Assembly: GCA_963744615.1 (NCBI GenBank)
Contig: CAVUUE010000003.1
Span: 566,923 to 630,922 of the forward strand
DNA length: 64,000 nucleotides
Direction: 5' to 3'
Source of the DNA: an uncultured Acidobacteriota bacterium
GTDB taxonomy: Bacteria > Acidobacteriota > Terriglobia > Terriglobales > Acidobacteriaceae
Made by a program: the position numbers and the translations under genes. Positions 54,943 through 64,000 of this stretch are shown one piece after another. The number at the start of each line of letters is the position of its first letter. Positions within the stretch are counted from its first letter, which is position 1. The notes under the pieces were generated by a model. The model did no database searches, had not been told where the DNA came from, and saw only the letters and a list, made by a program, of their open reading frames with translations.

Positions 54943-57243
54943 TTAGCTGTTTGCCGGGGAAGGCTCTAGATCGGTATTTTGTACAACTTCAGGCTGAGAT
55001 TTGGGGTTCTGGGCTGTCGTCTTGCGCGGCCGTTTTTGTTTTGCAGGTTGCGATGGAACTTTGCCGTTTGGAGCGCCGTTTGCTTTGGCGCCGACGCCGA
55101 CGACGGCGGCCTGAGGCATCTCTTTCGACTGAGCCGGAATATCGCTGTCGCTCGCCTTGCCTTCCGCCAATTGAATCAAGAACTTTTGTGCATGGAACGG
55201 CGGCAGGGGTTTGCCCGCGGGACTGTTAGCAATGTGGACGTATGCTCCCGACGGCTGGAGCAGGCGCGATTCGGCTGCGTCGGCCAAGTACGCTGCCAGA
55301 ATTTCGTTCCGAAGGCGCTGCCGCAACTGTGGATCCAATATGGGAAAGATGACTTCGCAGCGCTCGTATAGATTACGCGGCATCCAGTCGGCGCTGCCGC
55401 AGTAGATTTCTTCCTGGCCGCCATTCTGGAAGTAGAAGATGCGGCTGTGTTCGAGGAATCGGCCGACGATCGATCGCACGCGAATATTTTCGCTGAGGCC
55501 TTTCACGTCGGGACGCAGCGCGCAGATGCCGCGAACGATGAGATCGATGGAAACTCCCGCTTGCGACGCGGCGTACAGGGCTTCAATTATGTTCTGATCG
55601 AGCAGGGAATTCATCTTCGCGATGATGCGCGCGGGACGGCCTTCGGCGGCGTGCTGCGCTTCGCGGTGAATGCGGTGCGCGAGCCCCTCGGCAAGATTCA
55701 AGGGAGCGATCAGCAGTGGAGCGTAGTCGTCGGCCTGCGCGTGGGCGGTTAGATAGTTGAAGACATTGTGAACGGCCGCGGTGAGGATAGGATTCTCCGT
55801 AAGCAAGCTGATGTCGGTGTAGAAGAGGGCGGTTTCAGCGTTGTAATTCCCCGTCCCGAGGTGGGCGTATTGCCGCACGACGCCATCATGGGGATCACGG
55901 CGCGCCAGCAGCGCCAGCTTGCAATGCGTCTTCAGGCCGACGACTCCGTAGAAGACCTGTACTCCGGCGTCTTCCAGATCGCGTGCCCAGCGGATGTTTG
56001 AAGCTTCGTCGAAGCGGGCCATCAGCTCGACGACCACTGTGACCTCCTTGCTCTGCGCCGCTTCCCGCAATGCCTGAAAGATGGGCGAGTTGGCGCTGGT
56101 GCGATAGAGTGTCTGCTTGATGGAGAGCACGGCGGGATCTTCGGCGGCGGCGCTGATCAATTCAACAACGCTGTTATAGGAGTCGTAGGGATGGTGGAGC
56201 AGGATGTCCCGGCGGCGAATCTCATCGAAAAGATTCGTGGACTCGCGATGCAGGCGCAATCCGCGCGCGACAAATGGAGGGAATTTGAGCTCAGGCCTGT
56301 CAGACTTGGTATAGAGATTCATCAGGCGCGACAGATTGACGGGGCCCTCGGTGTGGAACACCTGGAAACTGTCGAGTTCGAAATTCGCTCGCAGTACTTC
56401 GACAATTTCCCCCGCTGCGTCGCTCTCAATTTCCAGGCGAACAGCATCTCCTTTGCGGCGGTTGTGCAGCTCCGACCGCACGCTTTCAAGCAGGCTGCGC
56501 GCTTCTTCTTCCTGCAAGTAGAGGTTGCTATTTCGGGTGACACGAAAGGCGGCGCGAGAAAGAAACTCATAGCCGCGATACATGGCGGCGGCCTGAGACT
56601 CGATCAGTTCGTGGAGAAAGATGTAGTCAAGCTGGCCGTTGGTTGAAGGCAGGGCGATCAATCTGGGCAGAGCGCGCGGGACTGTGACCACGCCGAGCAC
56701 CGGGCGCGAGGCGGACTTGCGGCGGCGGTTGAGCAGCAGCGCCAGGCACAGTGCCTTGTTCAAGACGCGCGGAAAGGGATGCGCCGGGTCGATGGTAATG
56801 GGGGTGAGCAGCGGATCGACTTCACTCTGATAAAAGCGGAGGGCATAGTCGCGTTGCTCGTCTTCAAGATGGTTCCAGGCGAGCATGCGGATGCCCGCGT
56901 TGGCGAGCGCGGGCAGCAGTTGCGAGTTCCAGCACGAATATTGCGCGGTGACGAAGGCGTGGGTCTTGGCGGCGAGAGAATCCAGCGTTTCCTGCGGCGT
57001 CATCAGGTCAGGGCCGGGTTCGTTGTAACCATCCTCGATGCGCTGCAGGATGCCGGCGACGCGGATCTCGAAGAACTCGTCAAGATTGCTCGCGGTGATA
57101 GCGAGAAACTTAACCCGTTCCAGCAGGGGATTGGAGTCGGATTGGGCCTCTTCCAGTACCCGCGCGTTGAAGTCCAGCCACGACTCATCGCGGTTGAAAT
57201 AGCGTTTCACAATGGGCGGAGATTTCCGGCTTCGGGAGGCCAT
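54943..57243 (-). CDS. ppk1: polyphosphate kinase 1
   Basis: 'YFNRDESWLDFNARVL', 'TGNYN' and 'SADWMPRN' are present. The product is 766 aa. Confidence 0.97.
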   Translation of the reverse strand: MASRSRKSPPIVKRYFNRDESWLDFNARVLEEAQSDSNPLLERVKFLAITASNLDEFFEIRVAGILQRIEDGYNEPGPDLMTPQETLDSLAAKTHAFVTAQYSCWNSQLLPALANAGIRMLAWNHLEDEQRDYALRFYQSEVDPLLTPITIDPAHPFPRVLNKALCLALLLNRRRKSASRPVLGVVTVPRALPRLIALPSTNGQLDYIFLHELIESQAAAMYRGYEFLSRAAFRVTRNSNLYLQEEEARSLLESVRSELHNRRKGDAVRLEIESDAAGEIVEVLRANFELDSFQVFHTEGPVNLSRLMNLYTKSDRPELKFPPFVARGLRLHRESTNLFDEIRRRDILLHHPYDSYNSVVELISAAAEDPAVLSIKQTLYRTSANSPIFQALREAAQSKEVTVVVELMARFDEASNIRWARDLEDAGVQVFYGVVGLKTHCKLALLARRDPHDGVVRQYAHLGTGNYNAETALFYTDISLLTENPILTAAVHNVFNYLTAHAQADDYAPLLIAPLNLAEGLAHRIHREAQHAAEGRPARIIAKMNSLLDQNIIEALYAASQAGVSIDLIVRGICALRPDVKGLSENIRVRSIVGRFLEHSRIFYFQNGGQEEIYCGSADWMPRNLYERCEVIFPILDPQLRQRLRNEILAAYLADAAESRLLQPSGAYVHIANSPAGKPLPPFHAQKFLIQLAEGKASDSDIPAQSKEMPQAAVVGVGAKANGAPNGKVPSQPAKQKRPRKTTAQNPKSQPEVVQNTDLEPSPANS

Positions 57244-57525
57244 GCGTGCGAACTCAGGGATTCAGAAAGGCGCTTTCAATCCATTCGACAATGCTTCAGT
57301 GTCTCAAATCCATGCCATTGAGGGTAACAGCAAGGCGTGAAGGCGATGTGAACGTGCCGCTGCGGAGCGACGATCCAGTATCATAAGTGAAGCTGAAGCA
57401 GATTTCCGAGGAATTAAAAACCGGAAATAATTTTCAACCCATTTGCCTGCTTCATCATCTACTGTCTAGTGTCTGCGACGCTGGACAGGAATCGGCCCCG
57501 CACTCGAATCTTCGAAAGAAACCTA

Positions 57526-59019
57526 ATGTTGCTGAAAAACTTTTCGCGGGCCGGCCTAGGGACATTGACCATGCTGGCCGCGGCGATGGCTTTTGCCAAT
57601 CCGATCGCACGGGCGCAGAACTCTCTGCAGACGTCGTCTCAGCAGAGTTCCTCCGAGACGCCAACAGCGACGTCCGTGCAGAATTTTTCGACTAGCGCAT
57701 CTACGACTTCGGCGATGACTCCCTACCAGGGAAGCGTTGTGGGGCAGAAGGCCACGGCGGGCGTATTGGCGCTCTCTCTTGATGAGGCGATGCGGCTGGG
57801 CATGAAGAACAATCTGGGTGCGATTCTCAGCAGCGCGAGTGTGAAGTCGGCGGGCGGACAAAAGCTGCAGGAGCTTCAGCGGTTGCTGCCGACTGTCACC
57901 GGCGCGGCTCAGGATACGGTGGCGCAGGTCAACCTACAGGCGGAGGGATTGCGCATTCCGGGCTTTCCGTCCGTGATTGGGCCTTTTGGGTATACAGATT
58001 TTCGCGCCACCCTGAACCAGGCGGTGCTGAATGTGACATCTCTGCAGAATTATCTTGCGAGCCGGCATGGCTTTGAGGCGAGCAAGTTGTCCGCCGCGGA
58101 CTCCGAGGATCTGATCGTGCTGACGGTGGGCAATGCTTATCTTTTGTGCCTGGCGGACGCAGCTCGTGTCGCCGCAGTGCAGGCGCAGGTGGACACTTCG
58201 AAAATTTCGTTGAATCAGGCGATTGAGAACCACCGCAGCGGTGTTTCGCCGCGCCTGGATGAACTGCGCGCGCGGGTGGATTACCAGACGCAGCAACAAT
58301 CTTTGATTTCTGCCCAGGATCTATATCAAAAAGACAGGATCGCGCTGGCACGCGCGATTGGACTATCGCTCGATCAGAAATTCGAGCTTACGGACAAGGT
58401 GCCGTATGCGGAGATGAATGCGCCGACGCTGGAGCAGGCCATAGCGGAGGCGCAACAAAACCGCAATGACCTGAAAGCCGCCGAACAGCAGGTAGAGGCT
58501 GCGCGGCACTCCCTTTCCGCGGCGCACGCCGAGCGGCTGCCTGTAGTGACGGCGGAGGCAGATTACGGGTACATCGGCGTGAATCCGAACAATTCTTATG
58601 GAACCTTAAACGCGACTGGCAAGGTGACCGGACCCATTTTCGAAGAGCAAAAGCTGCGCGGGGATGCGGACATCGCAAAGGCGCAACTGGAACAGACGCG
58701 GGCGGAGTTGAACAATCTGGAGGGCCAGGTACGGGCCGACGTGAAGGACGCGATTCTCGATATCGAGGCGGCGCAGAAGCTGGTCATCGTATCGCGCAGC
58801 AATGTGGAACTGGCGAACGAGGCACTGCAGGAAGCGCAGGAGCGCTTTCAGGCAGGTGTGTCGGACAACCTGGCGGTGTCGCAGGCGCAGTCCGCGGTGG
58901 CGCAGGCGAGCGAGCTGTACGTCAGCAGCCTGTATCAGTTCAACGTGGCGAAGCTCTCCTTAGCGCGTGCAACCGGAGTGGCGCGCGCGCAATATAAGTC
59001 ATATCTCGGAGGAAAGTAA
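57526..59019 (+). CDS. TolC-family outer membrane efflux protein
   Basis: ATG at 57526 precedes a signal peptide ('...AFANPIARAQ'). Two TolC repeat halves are present. Confidence 0.85.
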   Translation: MLLKNFSRAGLGTLTMLAAAMAFANPIARAQNSLQTSSQQSSSETPTATSVQNFSTSASTTSAMTPYQGSVVGQKATAGVLALSLDEAMRLGMKNNLGAILSSASVKSAGGQKLQELQRLLPTVTGAAQDTVAQVNLQAEGLRIPGFPSVIGPFGYTDFRATLNQAVLNVTSLQNYLASRHGFEASKLSAADSEDLIVLTVGNAYLLCLADAARVAAVQAQVDTSKISLNQAIENHRSGVSPRLDELRARVDYQTQQQSLISAQDLYQKDRIALARAIGLSLDQKFELTDKVPYAEMNAPTLEQAIAEAQQNRNDLKAAEQQVEAARHSLSAAHAERLPVVTAEADYGYIGVNPNNSYGTLNATGKVTGPIFEEQKLRGDADIAKAQLEQTRAELNNLEGQVRADVKDAILDIEAAQKLVIVSRSNVELANEALQEAQERFQAGVSDNLAVSQAQSAVAQASELYVSSLYQFNVAKLSLARATGVARAQYKSYLGGK

Positions 59020-59021
59020 GC

Positions 59022-60284
59022 GTGGCGGAATCCAGACCCGAAGAAACGCAACAGCAGCAACCGAACAACAATGCCCAGGGCGAGCCGGAGGACACCGAGC
59101 TGCGTCCGCCGGAAGGGCGATCGCGCAAACGATTTTTCATTATCGGCGGCGTTGTCCTGGTTCTGATCATTGCCGTGCTGTATTGGCTGCACTCCCGGTA
59201 TTACGAAAGCACAGACGACGCGCAGGTCGACGGCAACCTGGTGCAGATCAGCGCTCGGATCAGCGGCGACATCATTAAGGTGGCGGTGTCGGACAACCAG
59301 CAGGTGCAGAAGGGGCAGGTGCTGGTGGAGATCGATCCCAGGGACGCTCAGGCGAAGCTCGAGCAGGGAGAAGCAAACCTCGCCACGGCCAAGGCAAACT
59401 ACGAGGCGGCGCTGGCCAATGTTCCGATCACCACTGCATCCACGGGTGCGACCTTAAGCTCGGCGGGGGCCGATGTGCGCGCTGCTCTAGCCACGATCTC
59501 CGAGTCAGAGAAGCAGCTGGACGCGGCGCAGGCACAAGTGCTTTCCGCGCAGGCCGACAACACCAAGGCACAGCTTGATCTACAGCGCTATACACCGTTG
59601 GTGCAGCGCGATGTGATATCGAAGCAACAGTTCGATGCGGTGGTTGCGACAGCTTCGAGCAAGAAAGCGCAGCTTGCCCAGGCGCAGGCCAACCTGGCGG
59701 GCGCGAGCGACCAGGTGAAGGTGGCCAACGATAGACTCGCCGAGGCGCGGGCCAACTTCAATTCGGCACAAACGGGACCGAGACAGGTGGCGGCCCAGCG
59801 GGCCAAGGCCGATGCGGCGGCGGCCGAGGTACAACAGTCTGAAGCCGCGCTCGCAACCGATCGTCTGAACCTGAGCTATACGAAGATCGTTGCGCCGGAT
59901 TCCGGCATCGTGAACCAGAAGACCGCGCAGATCGGGCAGAACGTGAGCGCCGGTCAGACCGTGATGACCCTGATCCCACTGACCGGGTTGTGGATTACGG
60001 CGAACTTTAAAGAGACGCAGCTGGACAACATGCGTGCGGGTCAGCCTGTTACGGTGAAAGTGGATGCTTATGGCGGCCGCGTCTACCACGCGAAAGTCAC
60101 CCAGATCGGCGGGGCCACCGGTTCCATGCTGAGCCTGTTCCCTCCTGAAAACGCCACGGGCAATTATGTGAAAGTGGTGCAGCGCATTCCGGTGCGGCTG
60201 GACTTTACCGACCCCAAGGAAAACAGCGATCATCTGCTGCGGCCTGGAATGTCGGTCACTCCGAAGGTGCGCGTTCGGGATTAG
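59022..60284 (+). CDS. HlyD/EmrA-type membrane fusion protein
   Basis: 'YYESTDDAQVDGNLVQISARISGDI' is followed by a coiled-coil and then 'GMSVTPKVRV'. GTG start 3 nt after the TolC stop. Confidence 0.9.
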   Translation: MAESRPEETQQQQPNNNAQGEPEDTELRPPEGRSRKRFFIIGGVVLVLIIAVLYWLHSRYYESTDDAQVDGNLVQISARISGDIIKVAVSDNQQVQKGQVLVEIDPRDAQAKLEQGEANLATAKANYEAALANVPITTASTGATLSSAGADVRAALATISESEKQLDAAQAQVLSAQADNTKAQLDLQRYTPLVQRDVISKQQFDAVVATASSKKAQLAQAQANLAGASDQVKVANDRLAEARANFNSAQTGPRQVAAQRAKADAAAAEVQQSEAALATDRLNLSYTKIVAPDSGIVNQKTAQIGQNVSAGQTVMTLIPLTGLWITANFKETQLDNMRAGQPVTVKVDAYGGRVYHAKVTQIGGATGSMLSLFPPENATGNYVKVVQRIPVRLDFTDPKENSDHLLRPGMSVTPKVRVRD

Positions 60285-60300
60285 GAACGGCTTGACATTG

Positions 60301-60771
60301 CTATCGGCGCGATTGAAAAAAGCGGCGCAGCAGGTCCCCGCATTCTTCGCTCAATACTCCTGCGGACAGATCGATCCGGTGGTTCAGCAGTGGATGATTC
60401 AGCACGCTGATGACGCTGCCGACAGCGCCCGCTTTTGAATCCAAAGCGCCGAAGACAAGCCTCGCGATGCGTGCGTGTGTCATGGCGCCGGCGCACATGG
60501 CGCAGGGCTCGAGCGTCACATACAGCGTGCATCCCGACAGCCGGTAATTTCCAAGGACGTGACCGGCGGCCCGCAATGCGACGATCTCGGCGTGCGCCGT
60601 CGGATCATGATCGCGGATGACGCGGTTCTGTCCGCGGGCAAGGACGGTGCCGTCGTGGCCCAGGAGCACGGCGCCCACCGGAACCTCTCCGGCGGCCTGG
60701 GCCAGGTCGGCTTCCACCAGGGCTTCGCGCAGCCATGCCTCATCGTTTGACTGCGTGGGTCGGGAGTTCAT
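60301..60771 (-). CDS. tadA: tRNA adenosine(34) deaminase
   Basis: 'HAEIVALR' and 'TLEPCAMCAGA' are present. An alternative GTG start at 60819 would overlap the upstream stop (GTGA). Confidence 0.9.
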   Translation of the reverse strand: MNSRPTQSNDEAWLREALVEADLAQAAGEVPVGAVLLGHDGTVLARGQNRVIRDHDPTAHAEIVALRAAGHVLGNYRLSGCTLYVTLEPCAMCAGAMTHARIARLVFGALDSKAGAVGSVISVLNHPLLNHRIDLSAGVLSEECGDLLRRFFQSRR

Positions 60772-60815
60772 TGCTGATAAGTGTATGCAATCTGTGCCGC
60801 AGGAGGGTAGAACGG

Positions 60816-63800
60816 TCACATCTCGCGCGGCGGGGACTCGAGTGCGGCCTGGAACATATTCTCTTCGTACGTATAGCGGGCGGCCTGGAAGGATTCAAAA
60901 TCCACAACGCCGTTGGGCGCGCTCGAAAGCTCCATCACGGTCTTGTGCCAGGTGGTGTAGGCGGAGTTCAATTTGAGTATTCCCGGGCCGGATTCGCGGA
61001 TGCCCGCACCCATTTCACGCTGCCGATCCACCTCGCGCGCGAGCAGGTGTTGTAGAAAATAGGGACGCTGCTCGAGAATCCTTCCGCTGGCGTCGAGGTC
61101 GCGAATCTGCAGCGCTACCGCTCCCAAGATGGACGTTGGCCGCGTCCAAGGCACGGGTTTGTAGCGTTTCAACCACTTCAGCAGGTCTTCAATGCCCATC
61201 GGACGCGCGATGGCATAGCCTTGCGCGAGGCGAACTCCCAGAGCCGCCAGAGCGTCTCCGGACGCAGTGCATTCAATGCCTTCGGCAACGAAATCGAGTC
61301 CGAGGGCGCGGGCGAGATGCACCAGGTTCATGAGGAATCGCAGTTCCTTAGGTTCCCGCTCGAGCCCGATAAGAAAGCTGCGGTCCAGCTTAATCATGTC
61401 GACCGGCAGTTCCTTGACCCGCAACAGCGAGGAGTAGGCGCTCCCGACGTCGTCGAGGGCAACCCTTGCGCCGCAGGACTTCAGAGCCCGCAGGGCCTCC
61501 TGGGAGCCGACGGTCGAGAGCGTGTCGGCGCGTTCGAGCAACTCGAGGATAAAACGATCGGGCGCCAGACCGCTGGTCTCCACTTGGCGGCGCAGGTCGA
61601 GCATGGCCTTCGGGTCGGCCAGCATGGTGGGCTCAAAATTTATCCCCACGTTGAGCTTAAAACCGGCCTTGTCGAGCCGGTGCAGGTTCTGGATGCTTTG
61701 GTCCACCACCTGGTGTGTCAGCGCACTCAGGTCGGCGGCATTCAACTGCGGAATAAATTCGCTGGGCGGCAGCAGAATATTGTCTCCGTCCGCCAGCCGT
61801 GCGAGCGCTTCAATACCGGACACCCTGCCGGTCTGAAGATCGACAACAGGCTGGTAATGTATGCGGACACATCCAGAGCGGAAGAGGGACAGGATGGTTT
61901 TGCGGCGAACATGTTTGCGCTCATCGGCTTCGGCCTGGAACAGCGTCCAACGTTCGACCGGCTCGTCCTTGCTCTCTTTGAAAGAATAGAGAGCGCGGTC
62001 TGCATGCCGCAGCAGCCGCTCGGGGGCGGAATCGTCCTGCGGAAATAAGGTCACACCCATGCTGCTCCGCAATGCGAGGGAGCGGCCGTTCGAGAGGTGG
62101 ATGGGGACCTCGACGCTGGTTTGCACTCGGGAAAGCATCATGATCAGGTCGTTCTCGTGATCAAGATCCTCGAGGATGAGAACGAACTCATCGCTGCCCA
62201 GCCGCCCCACGGCATCCGTTTGCCGCAGCGCCGTTTGCAGGCGGTCGGCGATCGTACGCAACAGGAGATCGCCTGTCGGATGTCCGTGTAGGTCGTTGAT
62301 TGACTTGAAACTGTCGATATCCATGACAGCGACGGCGAGCAATTTCTTATGACGCCGAGCGCGGGAGATGGCCTCTTCCAGCCGCTCGATGACTCCGCGG
62401 CGGTTGAGGATGTCAGTGAGCGCGTCGTGCCGTGCGAGCCAGGACTGATGCTGGCGCTCCTCCTCGAGAATCTGGCGCAGATCGAGCGCGTCCAGGCCAT
62501 GGCCGATGAGGCGGCCGATCCGCTCCAGCAATTCCAGCAGTTCGGGATTGAAAATGTTGGATTCGTGCGATAGCAGCGTCAACAGGGCCCACAGGTCGCC
62601 ATCGCGGTAGAGCGGAACGACGGCTGTCGCGTGCAGGCCGTGTTCGCGATAGAAATCCTGGATGGGTGGACAGTCCGGGTCGGCGAGGCGGTCGTTGGTG
62701 TACTGCAGTTTGGACTGGCGCCAGGCGCGTACGGCGAGGATTCGACTTTCGTCGCCGGTGTAAACATTGGGCAGGTAGCGGTATTGTTTCAGCTCGACGG
62801 TGCTGAAGATCGATTCGATTTCGAGGTCGCCGGCAATATTGGGGCGCGCGATCCAGACTTGTGAAAACAAACCGCTTTCAACCAGCAAATGACACATCTT
62901 GTCCAGCAATTCGCGTTCGCTCTGCGCCCGTATGACCAGCTCGGCGGCACTCATCAGTGCGCGATACAGGCCGTTCGCATAGGTATTCCCGGCGGCTGCA
63001 CTGTGGAGCTTTGCGGTGTCGCTCTGGACGCCGATGAAGTGGGTGACTGAACCAGTATCGTCGCAAACGGGCGCGATGTTGAGGGAATTCCAGAACATGG
63101 ATCCGTCCTTGCGATAGGTCCTTAACTCCACCGAACACGGTTGGCCGTCTCGCAGGGAATCGCGGACAAGGTCGAGTGCCGGCTGGGTCGTGTCTTCTCC
63201 TTGCAGGAAGCTGCAACTCCTTCCTATTGCTTCCTGAGCGGTGTAGCCGGTCATGCGTTCGAAGGCCGGGTTGACATAACAGATGGGCTGGCCGGTTTTG
63301 AGGGCGTCCAAAATCATTATTCCGTTGGTGGACGCGTCCAGCCCGGTTTTGTAGAGCGCGAGGGTCTGGCCTTGCTCCTTAAGAGCTTGCACCAGGCGGA
63401 GCCGCTCGAAGGTATTGCTGAGGGTTCCCGGGAGATGGCCAATCAGCTGACGAATTTCGGGCTGTCCGAAGAAGTCAAGCTGCTTACTGTAGAGCAGCAG
63501 GATATCGCGGTGACCAGTGACTCCGGTAACGGGAACTGCGCATGATGACCGCCATCCGAAGCGCAGGCCGCGCTCTCTCCAGAAGGGCAACGGCTTCATT
63601 TCCCCCGGCTTGGACCAGTCCGTAAGGAATTGGGCTTCGCCGGTGATCCAGGCCCGCGCCAGAGGACTGTCCAGGTTATCGAGCAGGTAAATCGGCGCTC
63701 CGTCCAGATACTTCCCAGTGGCAGCGTCGCTCTCGGCCTCGGGATGCACGATGCCTTGTTCGTCGGGGTGTCCGAGCCAACCTCCATCAACACCGTCGAT

Positions 63801-63950
63801 CTGGAGGAGAAAATCCATGAGCCGCGGGTAAAGTTCAGCGATTGTGGGGACGGCCACAAGCATCTGATCGAGCTGCACCGGCAAGTCTCCCCAGGGCAAG
63901 CTCCAGCTCTCAACGGATTTCGTCGAACTCGCCATAGATATCGCCGACAC
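60816..63950 (-). CDS. GAF-PAS-GAF-GGDEF-EAL signalling protein
   Basis: PAS: 'ICYVNPAFERMTGY'. The GGDEF domain has 'RLGSDEF' and an upstream 'RQTD'. EAL: 'GIEALARL', 'DDVGSAYSSL', 'KLDRSF' and 'AEGIE'. A ~150-aa C-terminal extension follows. Confidence 0.9.
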   Translation of the reverse strand: MSAISMASSTKSVESWSLPWGDLPVQLDQMLVAVPTIAELYPRLMDFLLQIDGVDGGWLGHPDEQGIVHPEAESDAATGKYLDGAPIYLLDNLDSPLARAWITGEAQFLTDWSKPGEMKPLPFWRERGLRFGWRSSCAVPVTGVTGHRDILLLYSKQLDFFGQPEIRQLIGHLPGTLSNTFERLRLVQALKEQGQTLALYKTGLDASTNGIMILDALKTGQPICYVNPAFERMTGYTAQEAIGRSCSFLQGEDTTQPALDLVRDSLRDGQPCSVELRTYRKDGSMFWNSLNIAPVCDDTGSVTHFIGVQSDTAKLHSAAAGNTYANGLYRALMSAAELVIRAQSERELLDKMCHLLVESGLFSQVWIARPNIAGDLEIESIFSTVELKQYRYLPNVYTGDESRILAVRAWRQSKLQYTNDRLADPDCPPIQDFYREHGLHATAVVPLYRDGDLWALLTLLSHESNIFNPELLELLERIGRLIGHGLDALDLRQILEEERQHQSWLARHDALTDILNRRGVIERLEEAISRARRHKKLLAVAVMDIDSFKSINDLHGHPTGDLLLRTIADRLQTALRQTDAVGRLGSDEFVLILEDLDHENDLIMMLSRVQTSVEVPIHLSNGRSLALRSSMGVTLFPQDDSAPERLLRHADRALYSFKESKDEPVERWTLFQAEADERKHVRRKTILSLFRSGCVRIHYQPVVDLQTGRVSGIEALARLADGDNILLPPSEFIPQLNAADLSALTHQVVDQSIQNLHRLDKAGFKLNVGINFEPTMLADPKAMLDLRRQVETSGLAPDRFILELLERADTLSTVGSQEALRALKSCGARVALDDVGSAYSSLLRVKELPVDMIKLDRSFLIGLEREPKELRFLMNLVHLARALGLDFVAEGIECTASGDALAALGVRLAQGYAIARPMGIEDLLKWLKRYKPVPWTRPTSILGAVALQIRDLDASGRILEQRPYFLQHLLAREVDRQREMGAGIRESGPGILKLNSAYTTWHKTVMELSSAPNGVVDFESFQAARYTYEENMFQAALESPPREM

Positions 63951-64000
63951 GACTGGAAATACATCGCCCCACAGTAGACCCGAACTGCCGTTCGAAGACC

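Overview
High-GC bacterial chromosomal segment. The protein families and intergenic repeats look Acidobacteria-like, which is an inference. All calls come from reading the sequence and ORF track by eye; no database search was run.

I call about 57 protein genes and one tRNA-Val(TAC). I saw no rRNA, CRISPR array, transposase or integrase. Content is mostly housekeeping:
- Glycolysis: gap, and pgk-tpiA.
- Riboflavin: a RibBA-like 3' fragment plus a standalone ribA.
- Bacillithiol: a bshA-like gene.
- LPS core/heptose: kdsC, hldD, hldE and a GT9 heptosyltransferase.
- Methionine and ion transport: metH, nhaA.
- Phosphate and polyphosphate: pstSCAB, ppx, sixA, ppk1.
- Sugar and envelope: galK, a GH38 mannosidase, ctaA and a GT39 transferase.
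- Efflux and signalling: a TolC/HlyD pair, tadA and a GAF-PAS-GGDEF-EAL protein.

No recognisable defence or mobile system is present. The observations worth a second look are:
1. An intergenic hairpin-repeat family (GGGTGCCCCA-stem-loop-stem-TGGGA) has 11 copies, all in one orientation, with compensatory stem changes. Copies sit at the first two cistron junctions of pstSCAB, and a different repeat class occupies the third.
2. A tRNA-linked small ORF encodes a signal peptide followed by a His8/Arg-rich 25-residue tail. Next to it is a pseudopilin-like protein with long Gly/Ser-rich low-complexity regions.
3. Single-nucleotide frameshifts are confined to 19.5-27.5 kb. They hit hldE twice, a UbiD-family decarboxylase, a DUF3618-like gene and a decayed ParE toxin. 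This is either local assembly error or real gene decay.
4. A small lower-GC islet lies at 22.5-23.9 kb.
5. Several gene-context oddities are listed in the findings.
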